Part shown: one piece after another, positions 16,601 to 28,600 of the stretch | Layout: each line of letters starts with the position of its first letter | How positions within the stretch are numbered: the first letter of the stretch is position 1 | Virus record (IMG/VR): IMGVR_UViG_3300025073_000006 | Length of the DNA stretch: 64,000 nucleotides | Reading direction: 5' to 3' (one strand) | DNA from: a virus | The notes under the pieces: model-generated | The model's database searches: none | What the model was told of the DNA's origin: nothing | Seen by the model: only the letters and a program-made list of their open reading frames with translations | Position numbers and translations under genes: made by a program

Positions 16601-19600
16601 GTGTTCTTGAGCTTGGACGGGATGGCGCGACCCAGGACGTCGACGAACGCGGCGGCGGCGGACGGCGACACGCTGGCGGTGCGCCGGGTGCGGCGGGTTG
16701 CGGCGCCGGCCTCGACGTCCAGGGCCAGCTCCTGCAACCGGTTCACCTCGGCGAAGGTGATGGTGTCGAGGTTCGCTGCCGGGTCGAGCAGGCGCTCAGG
16801 GACCAGCGACCGGCCGTAGATGGTGGCGATGGGTTCCGACGCGAGTTGGCGGGCGTAGATGCGCAGGCCCGACTGCTGAGCGGGCGTCAGGCGCACACTG
16901 GCGTCGCCCTCCCGCGCCGTCGCCACCAGGTTGGCCGGGGTGTCGCCGAGCGCGCCCGCGAGCCGGCTCAGGGCGGCCTTGCGGACGCGGCCCAGCCTCG
17001 CCTTGGGGATGACGGTGCGCGGGGTCAACGTGACCATGTCGACGCCGATCATCCACTTACGGGCGTCCTCGACCACCATGTAGGCCGCGACCTTGCTGAC
17101 CAGCTCGTCGAGCGGGACCTGGTCGCCAACCTCGAGGCCGAGCTCCTGCAACAGCTCCTCGTCACGCACCGCGGTCCGCTTGGCCTCGCGCGCCTGTCCG
17201 GCCTTCCGGATCTTCTCCTCGACGGCGTACTCGGGCCCGGGGTCGACACGGACGATCGGGAAGTCGGGCCGTCCAGCCTCACCGATGACGACGAGGCGAC
17301 GCTGAGCCACGCCCTCGGGGCGGAGCAGGCGATCCCACGAGGCGCGAACCTCGGCGGGGAGCTCGACCTGCTGGCCCCGGAATTGCGCCCACGTCTCACG
17401 CAGGCGTTCACCGACCTCGGCGACCGCGCGCCCGAGCGCGCCCGTGGGCTGCATCCGGAGCTCGACGTAGCGACGGAAGGCGTCGGCGGCCTGGTCCATG
17501 CCGAGGCGCGTCAGCACCGGCTCGCCCGGGGTCGCGCGCAGGACGTTCTCGACGGTGAGCACGTCGGGTTCGATGCGCGTGCCGTTCATGTCCTCGACGT
17601 GGGTTTCGAGGCCGAGCGCCGTGGCGATCTGCGCGGGGCTCTCGCCAGCGTTGGCGCGCTGGTGGATGTCGTCGACCATGTGCTGGGGCAGGCTGTCGTA
17701 GTAGACGGCGAGCAGGGCGCGACCGTCCTCGCCGATGAACTCCTGGAGGAGGTGGCCGTTCTCGTGCAGGAGGGTGCGCCAGTCAGCGCCCCTGAAGAAT
17801 TCCAGGAGCCAGCGGGCGTTGCCGGGCGTGCCGGTGCCAGCGGCGCCGAAGAACTGGCCGGTGAGGGGGGCGCCCGGAGCGCGGCGGGAGTGGGTGATCC
17901 TGGGGTCACTGGTCGGCCTTTCGTTTGCGATGTCCTTGATCTGCTCTGGCTTGAACACCACGAACGAAATTGGCGCTCCCTCCGGCGACGGGTCGGTCAT
18001 GACGACGCTGTCGTAGCCCATGTGCTCGGCTGCTTTCACGAAGTCGTCTTGGTAGTTCATGTACCAGTTCTGGCTTCCCTCGTTGTGTGCGGCACGGGCC
18101 GCATCGATCTCGCGCGACCGCACCGGCATCGCCTCATCGAGCGCGGCCTTCAATGCCGGCGACTCACTAAGCAGCGTGTTCTCAATGTCGTACTCATCGA
18201 TGGCGTCGTAGTCGATGGCGTCGCGGAGGGCGTCAGGGTTGCCGACGAGTGGTTCGCCGGCCTGTTCGGCGAGGTCGTCCACCCACGCCTTGACCGCCGC
18301 GTCACTGCCGTACAACTTCGTCGCCTCGGCTGCGAGCCACTCACGGAAGTCGGAGTTCTCCATGTTGCGCATCTCGCCGTATCGGCCCAGAACTACACGC
18401 CCAGAGTCGTCATCCCAGATGGCCTCCTTCGCCACCGCCTCAAACACAGCCGGATCGTTGAAGTCGGCCGGGTTTTCCATCCGCAGGTACACCTCGTACC
18501 GACGCCCAACACCATCGCCGCCGCCCCGGTAGAAGTCAGCGGTGCGCGCATCTGGCGAGAAGAAGTAGCCGTAGGCAGTGTCCTGCTGCCTGAACTCATC
18601 AATGTTGTCGAACCGTGAGCCATGGAACGCGCGGACGATGGCGCCGCCTTCGGGGATGGCCTCGACGTCGTCGAAGTTGATGACCGGAAGACCGCGACTC
18701 CACTCCTGGAACTCCGGGGTGCTCGGGGCACGGCGACTGAACTGCGCCTGCCCCTGTTCCAGCACCGACCGCCTCATCTCGGGCGTGAGGCGGATCATGT
18801 GGACCGGATCCGCGATCCTGGTCGTCTGGGCGTAGTCGAGGCCCGCGAGGTCAGGGTCGCCGTCTTGCGCCGCCCGACTCACGTAGCTGGCGGCGTCTTG
18901 CTCGGTCCCGAATTGCGCAACGTCCTCACCCGTGGACTGCCTGAATACGTGCCAGTTTTCGGCGGGCATGTCACGAGTCAGGCCGATGTCGCCGACCTCG
19001 ACCCTCGCCCCCCACTTCGCCGCGTACTTGTTCATCCACGCGGGGAGCATCTTGTCGTAGAACCCGATCATCCCTTGGCCTCCGACCGTGAGGTCGGGGC
19101 CCTTCAGGGATCCGGACTGCTCGGGCGACGCCATGATGGCCTTCACCATGTCGCCGCCGATGACGCCCTTCATCTCGGTGGCGGACTTCGCGTCGTTGTG
19201 GACGACCCTGCCGTCCTTGATGGCCTCGATGACGATGCGGGACTCCGCGCCTGGGCCCATGCTGGCCGTTATCGCCGCCTGCTCCTTAGGGGTCAGCACA
19301 CTCCACGGCTCACCGTACTCGTCCATGGCTCGCGTCTCGCGAGCGTCGCGCCACAAGTAGGGCGACATCGGCTCTTTCCGCCACCGGATCTCGTCGACCA
19401 CCTTGCGCACCTGGTCTTCGTACCGCTTGACCTGCTGAACGCCGGTGGTCCAGGACACCGCGTCGTAGTCGTTTTCGGCGGCAAACCTCAGCATCCGCTT
19501 GAGGACCATCTCGTGCCAGGTCTTCGCGAAGGGGGCGTCTGGGACCCGGTTGGCGTTGAAGGCGTCGAACTCGTTCCTCGCCCACTCATCGCGGGCCGCC

Positions 19601-22600
19601 TCGCTGCGTTCCAACTGCCGATCCGCCATGGCGCGCAGATCATCCGGCGTCATCAGGCGGCCACCGAGGTAGAGGCCGGAGGGGACGTTCGGCGCTCCAC
19701 CAGCAAGTTCGAACCGCTGGTCGAACGCCCGACGAAGGGCGCTGATCGCCTCGCGTTTGCGGTCGAAGATATCACCGGCCGCGTCGGCCCACGCTTGCGT
19801 GTCACGCGTCCACTGTTCCACCTGCTCCGGTGGGGCGTCGCTCGGCATATTACGCGGCCGCGGCGTGGTGGTTTCGTACTGAGTGACCGCGTTGGCGGCG
19901 CTCTCGTAGGCCTCGATGGCGTCGAGTTGTGCCTGGTGCGCGGCTGTGCGCTCAGCCAGCGCGACAGTTTCCCTTGCCCGCAGCGCCTGCTCCATCTCGC
20001 CCGGCAACTCTTGTGTCTTGTACCCCTTCTCCCGCCCGGCCTGGTGCAGGTCGCTCTGCACCTCCTCGATGTGGAGGATCTTCTCGCCGTTGGGCCCCAC
20101 GCGGTCGTTGAACCGGACGTGGGCGAGGAGGTTCTCGCCTTCGCCGGAAGCGGGGAAGTGGGAGGAGCGGTACGGCGGCGGGCTTATGCGATCATCTTGC
20201 GCCTTCGCCAGTCGCAATTGCGCGTCCCTGTGCCCTTGCGGCCACACCCCGGTTTGGTTCGCGATTAACACACCCTCTTCCACTTGTCGCCTGAGGCGCG
20301 CGATCCGTAGGTCCATGTTCGCTTGCGTCATGCGTAGAAGCAACCCGCGCGGCATCTTGAACAGCAGCTCGCGGTAGTTCTCGCTGTCGCCGGACAGGAC
20401 GAGGCTGGCGTACTGTGCCGGCCCTTCCGACGGCGCGAACGTGCCATCTTGGAGCAACTCCGACACGTCGATCCGCTCGTGCTCACCGTCGCGGGTCCTG
20501 ACGTCGACGTATTCGTCCCAGTCCAGGCCGGTCCAGTTCAACGCGGCCGACTCAACCGCCGCCTCCAGTTGGGCGATCTCGTCGTCGGTCAGCCTCGCGT
20601 CCGGCACGTCCGACGTGTCTGTCGCGTCGGGTTCCGCGTCCTCAAGCGCGTCAACGGCCGCGTCGTGTTGATCATCGGCTCGCTGGATCAGGTCCTCCAG
20701 AAGCGAGCGAACCGGCTCCCACGTCGGGGAGTCACCATAGTTGTTTTCGATCGACACGGACTCGTCGAGGTAGTCCTTGGCGTTGTCGATGTCCTGCCAG
20801 CCCCTCCGTAGCGCCGCCACAGCATCCCGTCCGCGGCTCGCGGCTCGTCTCGCGTCTCGCGCCACCTTTCGTTCCACGTCGCGAGCCTTCTCGATCGCGT
20901 CTTCCATGTCCGACGGGTCGACGTTGTACCGGTCCATCAGCGCACTCGACGGCGTCCCCAGCACCACCTCCCCCAACTCGACCTTGTTCTTGTCCAGGTA
21001 CGCCAGCACCTCGGCCTTCGTGACCGTCTTCTTGCCCTCCAGGAACTCGTTGAGCCGCGTCCACTTCACCTCGTCGACCTTGACACCGGCCGGGCCAGCG
21101 AACGAGGCCACACCGCCCACACGGGCCGCGTGCGCCTCAGCCTCGGCGCCCTGGTTGAGCGGGTACGTGGCGAGCATCTTGCCGTCGCGCATCACCGGCT
21201 CGTTGCCCTTCATGACCGGCTTGCCGTCCTTCACCTCGGGGACGCGCTCCTTGACCTGCCACTTACCCAGCGCGCCACGAAGTTGGTCCGGGGTGAACCG
21301 GTCCTGCTTGAGGCCCTCGACGGCGCGGCGCAGGCCCGAGTACCAGATCGGGGCGGGGTCGACGCGGCGGCTGAACTGGGGACGCTGCCCATCAGGCCAG
21401 TAGCCCCACTCGTGAATCGAGTCCCCGTTGGTGAAGATGTCCGCCGCCTTCACCCGGGCGCTCAGGATCGTGTAATCGCCGCGCAGCGCCGATTCCCCGT
21501 GGTCCTTCGCGTAGGCCTTCGTGATGGTCACCCAGTCGCCCGGGTTGATGCGCCGCGCTTCGTTGGGCGGGGCCTGCCGTAGTCGCTCCAGCTCGGCGCC
21601 CAGGCGGTCGTACTCGCCCGGGTCGCTTGCGCCGCGCTTGAGGATCCGCGCCATCCGATGCTCGATGTCGCCGACCCGCTCTGCGTTGTCCTTCGGCACC
21701 GCGCGGTAGATGGTGACCTTGGCATCGGGCCGCCCCTTCATGGCGCGGGCTATCGCGAACGCCTGGCGGTCCAGAACCTCGTCACCGGTACCGTAGTAGC
21801 GGACACCGTTCGGCCCGTAGACATCATCTGGGTACACCACGCCGGCGCCGGTCAGGTCGTGTAGCGGCGCGCCCTCTTCTGGGCCAGTGGGCCGGTGCTC
21901 GCCAGCGTAGTCGTCCTCAGCGCGGCGGCTGAACCTGGCCCGCGTCCGCTCGCTCACGGTGTCCCCGCCCCTCACGTCGATCTCGGTCACCTCCATGTCG
22001 GCCCACTCGCCGGGCAGGGCGAGGTCAGGCAGGGGCGTCGTCGTCGCAGCCTGTTCCCGGGGCGCCATGGCCCCTGTGTCGGCCTGGGCGACCTCGGGCC
22101 TGTACCGACCCCTGAACCGCGCCAGGTCCAGCGCCGTGGCTCCGGTATACGTGGACTCCGGCAGCTCGTCCATGCCCACGCCGTCCCACGCGGCCCGATG
22201 ACCGGCCGTGACGACCTCGTCGTAGAGGCCTTCGCGGGGCGGCTCGGTGCCGAACGCGAGGGCGTCGAAGTTGCGGCGGCTGAACTGCGGCTGGCCCTCG
22301 GCGATGGACTCGCGCATGGCGTCGGTCACCGGCAGGTGGTGGACCTTCTCCGACCTGTCGTGGGCGAATGATGTGTCCTTGGCGATGGGGACCTGAATGT
22401 CCGTCATCCCAGGTTTCGCGTCCCACTTCGCCGCGTACCGCTTGAGGAACCCCGGGATCATGCCGTCGTACAGGTGTTCGGCCCATTTGCCGCCGATCTT
22501 GAGGTCGAGCCCGCTGATGGACGGGTAGCCTTGGCTCTCGTCCTCCTGGACGAGGTCGTAGTTGATGCGCTCCTCAGCGCCTGCGCGATCAACGAACCGC

Positions 22601-25600
22601 TCGGGCGCGAAGTCCGGGTGGTTCATGTCCAGCGTGTAGTCGCCGTTCGTGTTGATGATCGCGAAGGCGTCCGGATCGTCAGGGTGCTCGACGACCTCGA
22701 AGAGGCTGTTGCGGTCGTACTCGCGCCGCTTCACCTCCTCACGCAGTTTCGCTCCCGGTTTCTCACCGATGTACTCGTCGATCTCGTCGATGCCCACGGT
22801 TTTGTTGATGACCGTCTTGCCATCGTGGTCGTAGGCCAGAAGGGTTTCGCCATTCGGGTCGTAGGCGACCTCGCGCACCCGCTTCGCCAAGTCGTAGCGG
22901 TCCTGCTGCGTCTTCCCGGTCGTCCACGTCACGCCGTCATAGCCGTCCTCGACGGCCATTCGCAGCGCCACCTTCATCGTGAGCTCGTGCCAGTCCTGGG
23001 GAAAGGGGGTGGGGGGCACGCGCTCACTGTTCTTCACGGCGATTTCGCGCTGCATGTCCAGGCGTTCGCGGTTGAGCACCCTCGCCCCGTAGGATGGTGC
23101 CTCGTCGCGTCCGACTGTTCCCTTGCCGACCTTGACCTCGCGGCCATCGGGGTGGCTGACGATCCACTGGTACTCGGTCTCAGCGACGGAAAGGTCTTCT
23201 GGTTGAACCTCGACAGGAAGCCCGGTGTCGGCCTCGTCGCCGCGCACGCCCTTCTTCCGCACGTCCGCCGCCCAGTCCGACTGCACCTCCTCAACGTGCA
23301 GTAGCCGCTCGCCCTTGGGGCCGAGGCGGTCGTTGACGCGGAGGTGGGCGAGGAGGTTCTCACTCATGCCGCTGAAGTGGGGAGCCTGGTATGTCGGTTG
23401 CTGGTCGCGCCACTGGTTCTCACGGTCGCTGTTCACCCGTCCGAGGGCGTCGGCGATGGCGGCTTCACGGGTCGGGTGCAGCCCGTTCCACGGCCGGGCG
23501 TGGATCTGTCCCGGAGGCGTGATGCCCCACTGCCGGGACTCGGGCTGGTTCCGGTCGACGATCGGTTCGTAGCCCTCTGGCAGCGTGGTCAGCGGTTCGG
23601 GGGGCGTCCCTCCTGGGTTGAGGCGCAGCAGCACCTCCCGGTAGTTCTCGCCGCCCGGAAGAACGTGGGCGTCGTACTGCGGCTTCGTGATGGCACCGTA
23701 TGCGAGTTCCACTTCACGGCGCGCGTCCTGCCATTCGCTCGACGCGAGCAGGTAGTCCGTGAGCGCCTCCTCGAAGGCATACGCCTCTACATACTTGTTC
23801 AGGCGGTGCAGCAGGTCAGAGACCTCGCTGGGGCCGATCCTGGTCCCGTTGTTGAGGTCGATCATCGGCTGGGCGCCGTCCATGTAGACGCCCATGATTC
23901 GCGTGTCCTGCTGGCTCGGGTAGATCGCGATGCCCTCGACCGCGCTGCGCACCTTCGCCTCTGCCGCCACCTTCCGCCGATGAACCTCCTGCATCGCGGT
24001 CTTGGCGGCCTCGGCGCGAGGGCTCTTGCCGCCCAGCACCTTCTCCTCGATCTCCACGCGGTTCGACTTGACGAACGCCCGGACCTCCTCCCGGGTCACC
24101 ACGCCCCTTCCCGCCGCCCAGGCTTCGATGCCCAACCAGTCGAGTTCGGACTGCTTGACGCCCGGCCGCTTCTTCAGGCTGGCGACCAGCGACCGGCCCT
24201 TCATCTGCTTGGCGGCACCGAAGGCGTCGTCGACGCTGCGCTCGACCGCTGAGTAGAAGGTGTCCTGGGCGCGGCGGGAGAACAGGGCCGGGCCATACTC
24301 CACGTCGGCCTCGGCATAGAACCGCTCCCACTCGGCCCGCAGCTCGGGATCGGCGGCCATCAGGCGGGTGGCGATCTCGCCCTCCCAGAACCGCCGGTCG
24401 TGCGCAGGGTCGCGCATGAACCCGGGCTCGAGGCCGGCCGCGCGCTCGATGTCGGCGAGAATGTCAGCGGTGCCTATGTTCACGCTCGGCCCAACGTCGC
24501 TGCCCCACTCGTGAAGCGCCTTCAGCAAAGCGGGCCCGCTGACGCCGTCCGTCACCGGCATGGCGGCGATGGCCTCGTTGGTGCGCTGCAACCAACGGTC
24601 GTACTCGGGGCCACGGCGAGAGTACAGGATGCGTGGGTCGCCGGGGTCGAAGGTGCCCCGGTTGCTGATCGACTTGATCTGCGTGGGCTCGAATGCCGCC
24701 ACCACCATCGGGTTGCGCACGGTGAACTTGCCGAGTTGTTCGGCACTTGACGCGACGATGAGGCCATCATGCCCGGCGGCAATCTGCTTCTCGCGCCACG
24801 TCGACCACCACGCCGTGTCGCCGCCGTGGGCCTCGCGAAGCGAATTCCACTTCCCCTGCGTCAACACCAGAGGATTCGCGATCTTGAGATAGACCGGCAT
24901 CGTGCTGTCGCCGAACATGGAGGCGAACTCGCCGTCATCGGTGAACCAGAACCCCACCTTTGACGGCCCCTTGCCGGACTTCGCCCTGTCGAATGCGTCG
25001 ATATCTGCGGCGTCGGTTCCGTGGTACACCACCAGCGGCTGTCCCTTGTCGTCCACCACCTTGCTGTCGCCGAACCACCGCTTGAACCACGGCGAGTCCG
25101 TCTTGAGGCTGGTCCAGGCATCGCGGGCTCGCGCGAAGGGATCCTCGGCGGCCGCGTAGGCGATGATGGAGGCGTCCCCACCCAGCGCCGTCCGCGCCGC
25201 CTTGAACGTCGCCCCGGTCGATACCACGTTGTCGACCAGGAACACCCGGCCCTCGGGGACTGTGGCGTTCTCGCGGAGCCGCATCGTCATCTCGCTGGCG
25301 AGCATGTCGGGGCCGCCGGACACCTTGCGGTCGTAGCTCCGGGCCCTGGCCTCGCCCGTGAGCACGTCGGCCACAGTCGCCCCGGACCGCTCGGCGATGG
25401 CCTGGGCGAGCGCGAGGTTGACGGTCGTGTCGCCCTTCGACGACGGCACCGGCACCAGGACGGCGCCCTTCGGCACACGCGGGGCCAGCAAGTCGGCCGC
25501 CGCGTCGATGCTCTCGGGCGAGCCGTTCTTGATGGCGTGCGCGACCGTGCGGCCCTCGTTGTACGGGACGCCGATGATGGCGTCGTCGGGCAGTTCGGCG

Positions 25601-28600
25601 GCGTCGGCCCGCTTGCTGAACCTCGGGCTCGCCGCGACCCCGCCCGTCTCCTCGAACACGCCCTTCCGCGCGAGCCCGGCCTGCTGCCTGAGCGAGGCCA
25701 CGGCGAGCGCCTGGATGTCGGCCTCGGTGAGGTCCAGGTACTTCCGCAGCGTCCCGAACGTCCGGTAGATCCATGCCCGGATCTGTGCCAGCAGGCGCCG
25801 CACCAGGGGCGTGTCGGGGTGGAACTCGACGAGGTAGGCCAGCCGCTCGCGCCGCACCGCCAGGTCCCGAGCCGGGCCAGGGTCTCCATCGACGCCAGCC
25901 TCGGCCGTGCGCGCCACCTCGGCGGCGAGGACCGTGTTCTTCTTGAGCAGCGCGTCCACCCGGTCGATCAGCGCCAGTTCGGCCGCCTTACCACCGAGCA
26001 TCGTCGCCATGCCGGCGTGAACACCGACCTCGTGGAGCAGGACGCGGGCCACCTCGCCCTCGGACATCTCGCGCACGTTGAGGTAGGTCTTGCCCTCGTG
26101 AAACACGCCCTTGACGCCGCGCATGTCCGACGACTTGAGCCCATCCGGCAGGGTGTCGAGGTCGTCGACAAGGACCACCTGCTCGGCCTCGAGCAACGCC
26201 TGGGCGTCTTGGCCGAACCGCTCGGTGATGATGGCGCGGGCCTGCTCGGCGGACTCCATGCGAGGTCCGAACTCCCAGGGCCGGTTGCGCGCGACGAAGC
26301 CGATGCCTCGACGCTGCTCGGCGAGGCCCATCCTCCCCGGCTGAACCGGCCCCTGCACGTCGGCCACACGGAACTGCACGTCGTCGAAGTGCCCTGCCAG
26401 CGACGTGATCTCGCCCGCCTCCAGCCGCCTCCACGCCGTCACCTCGTCGTAGGCCAGCATCATGCGGGCGGTGTCGTCGTCGATGATGCCGGTGCGGACC
26501 ATCTCCTCGAAGGCGTTCAGCCTCTCGGCGTAGCCCTGGGACGCCCGCATCTCCAACGACTCGGGGTCGACTTTGTCAAGCCGGGCCCGCCAGTTGTCGA
26601 TGGTCTGGCTGCGGGCCACCTTCGCCCGCTCGCCGAACTCGGCCAGCGTCTTGCGGACCGTCGCCTCGTCCTGGCCGGTGAGGTGCCGGATCAGGGTGGT
26701 GGCGTTCTCGCGCTGCGCCTTCGACATGACGTCGAGCGGGTTCATGCCCTTGCGCACGGCGTCCCGCATGACCTTGGCGGTGACGTGGTTGGCGGCGTCG
26801 AGGGGGTCGCGGATGGTGATCTTCGCCCGTCCGGCGGCGTCCTCGGCGTCGAGGAGGCGCCCGATCTGGACGGCCTCGGGAGCGAGCCCTGCCCATGCCC
26901 CCTCCAGCGCAGCCGTCATGCCCGCCCCGCGCAGATCGCGGTACAGTCCCGCGCCAACCCAGCCGCGACGGATCCCGGAGCCGAGGCCACGCAGCGCGAT
27001 GTCCTCGCCGGGGAACACGAAGTCGGCGATGATCCCGGAGGCGTTCAGGAACTTCCACTGCCAGGAGTCCTCGGCGAGGCCCATCCCGCGCCCGATGTTC
27101 TGCATCCCGAACATCCAGCCGGTTTCGCCCGTCTCGGTGCCCGCCAGAACGCGGGCGGTCCAGCCAGCCGACTCGAAGTCGCGCTGCGGCACGTAGTCGG
27201 ACGGGCCCCACCGCTGAAGCCCCCAGTCGACCCCTGCCAGGACCACCTCCTCAGCCATCGCCGAGGGCACACCGAAGGGGACGCGCATGGCCCAGCCGAA
27301 CGTCGTCTCGCCCCGGGCGCTCATGCTCACGGCCCCAAGGAACTCCTCGGCGTAGTCGAGCGCAGCGCCACCCGTCCGCTCGTAGGCCTCCCGGTTCGCG
27401 TCCACGCCGGCCTTCATCGAGTCGACGGTGATGGCCTGCTCGAGCGTGGCCTTGGGCAGGTCTGCCAGCGTGGCGCGCCGCCAGAACCGATTCCACACGG
27501 CGGCGACGGCCTCGTCGCGGTCGGCATCCGGCCCCTTCTTGCCCGCCGCCCGCAACGTCGGGTCGCTCGTGGCGTGGATGCCGTCCAGGTCGGCGATGAG
27601 TTCGAGCACGAGCGGGGAGGCGTCCTCGCCATCACGACGACCATCGGCCACGACGCGGGGCATCGTCGGCGCCTCGCCACCCACCCACACCCCCGACGGC
27701 AGGTTGCGGATCTCCAACGCGGGGAACAGCGGCGCCAGGTCCGCCGTCGTCTCGGCCGCCTCAATAATTTCCGCGTTCGTGAGCAGGTCGTTGTGCCGCG
27801 ACCCGTCGCGCTGGAGCTGTTCGTAGGCCTCCCGCGCGTCCTCGGGCAGCAACTTCGCCACGACCGGCGAGACGGGGCCCTCGACGGCGCGCACCAGGTC
27901 CCGGACGGCCTTGGGCGCCATCACGTTGGGCAGGAAACCCCATTCGGGATCCGCGTCTGCCGCGACCTCGCCCGCCACGGTGATCGTGCGCAGCTCGACA
28001 GGCTTGAGCCCCTCCTTGATCTCGGCCAGCGCCTCGTCCTTCCGGGGGTGGTTCCACGGCGCGATGGGCTCCTCGCCACGCGCCCGTCTCGCCATCCCCT
28101 CTTCTGAGTCGAGGATGCTGCTCCAGGTGTCGCGGATGACGCTCGCGATGGCCGATCCCTCGGGGATTTCTGCGCCCTCGGGCGGTTCGAGGCGATCCCA
28201 TGTGGCCCTTTTGATGGCGGCGAGTACGGCGCGGGGGCCGTCCCGGAGATTGTCCTCGTAGTCGGCCGCCCTCTCGATGCCGGCCGCCGTTGCCTTCTCC
28301 GCGGTCCACACCTCGCCTTCCGGCCGCCCGGTTTTCACCATGCCCGGCGCCATCGCACGCAGGGCCACATACCCGGCGTTGTCGCGCGGTGTCCCCTTGG
28401 CCTCGAAGGCGTCGAGCAGGAAGCCTGGCAGCGTCTCCGCGCCCTCAGCGTAGCTGATGTCGCGCTGAATCCGCTCCCACTCCTCACGCCTGACTGTCTC
28501 CTCGTCCAGGCTGCGGTCGGATTCGAGGCGCGTCTTCACCCTGGCCTCGGCGTAGTCTTCCAGCGCCGCCCTCAACTCGGGCTCGGACTTCGCGATGGGC

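Noticed and set aside
13819-28107. Several very long plus-strand ORFs inside the giant gene (13819..15855, 16318..18618, 18622..20268, 25021..28107).
   Set aside because: Shadow-type composition (R, G, A, V, D, H, L; no Lys or Asn), no RBS-coupled starts, and they tile the antisense of a frame with clear motifs.
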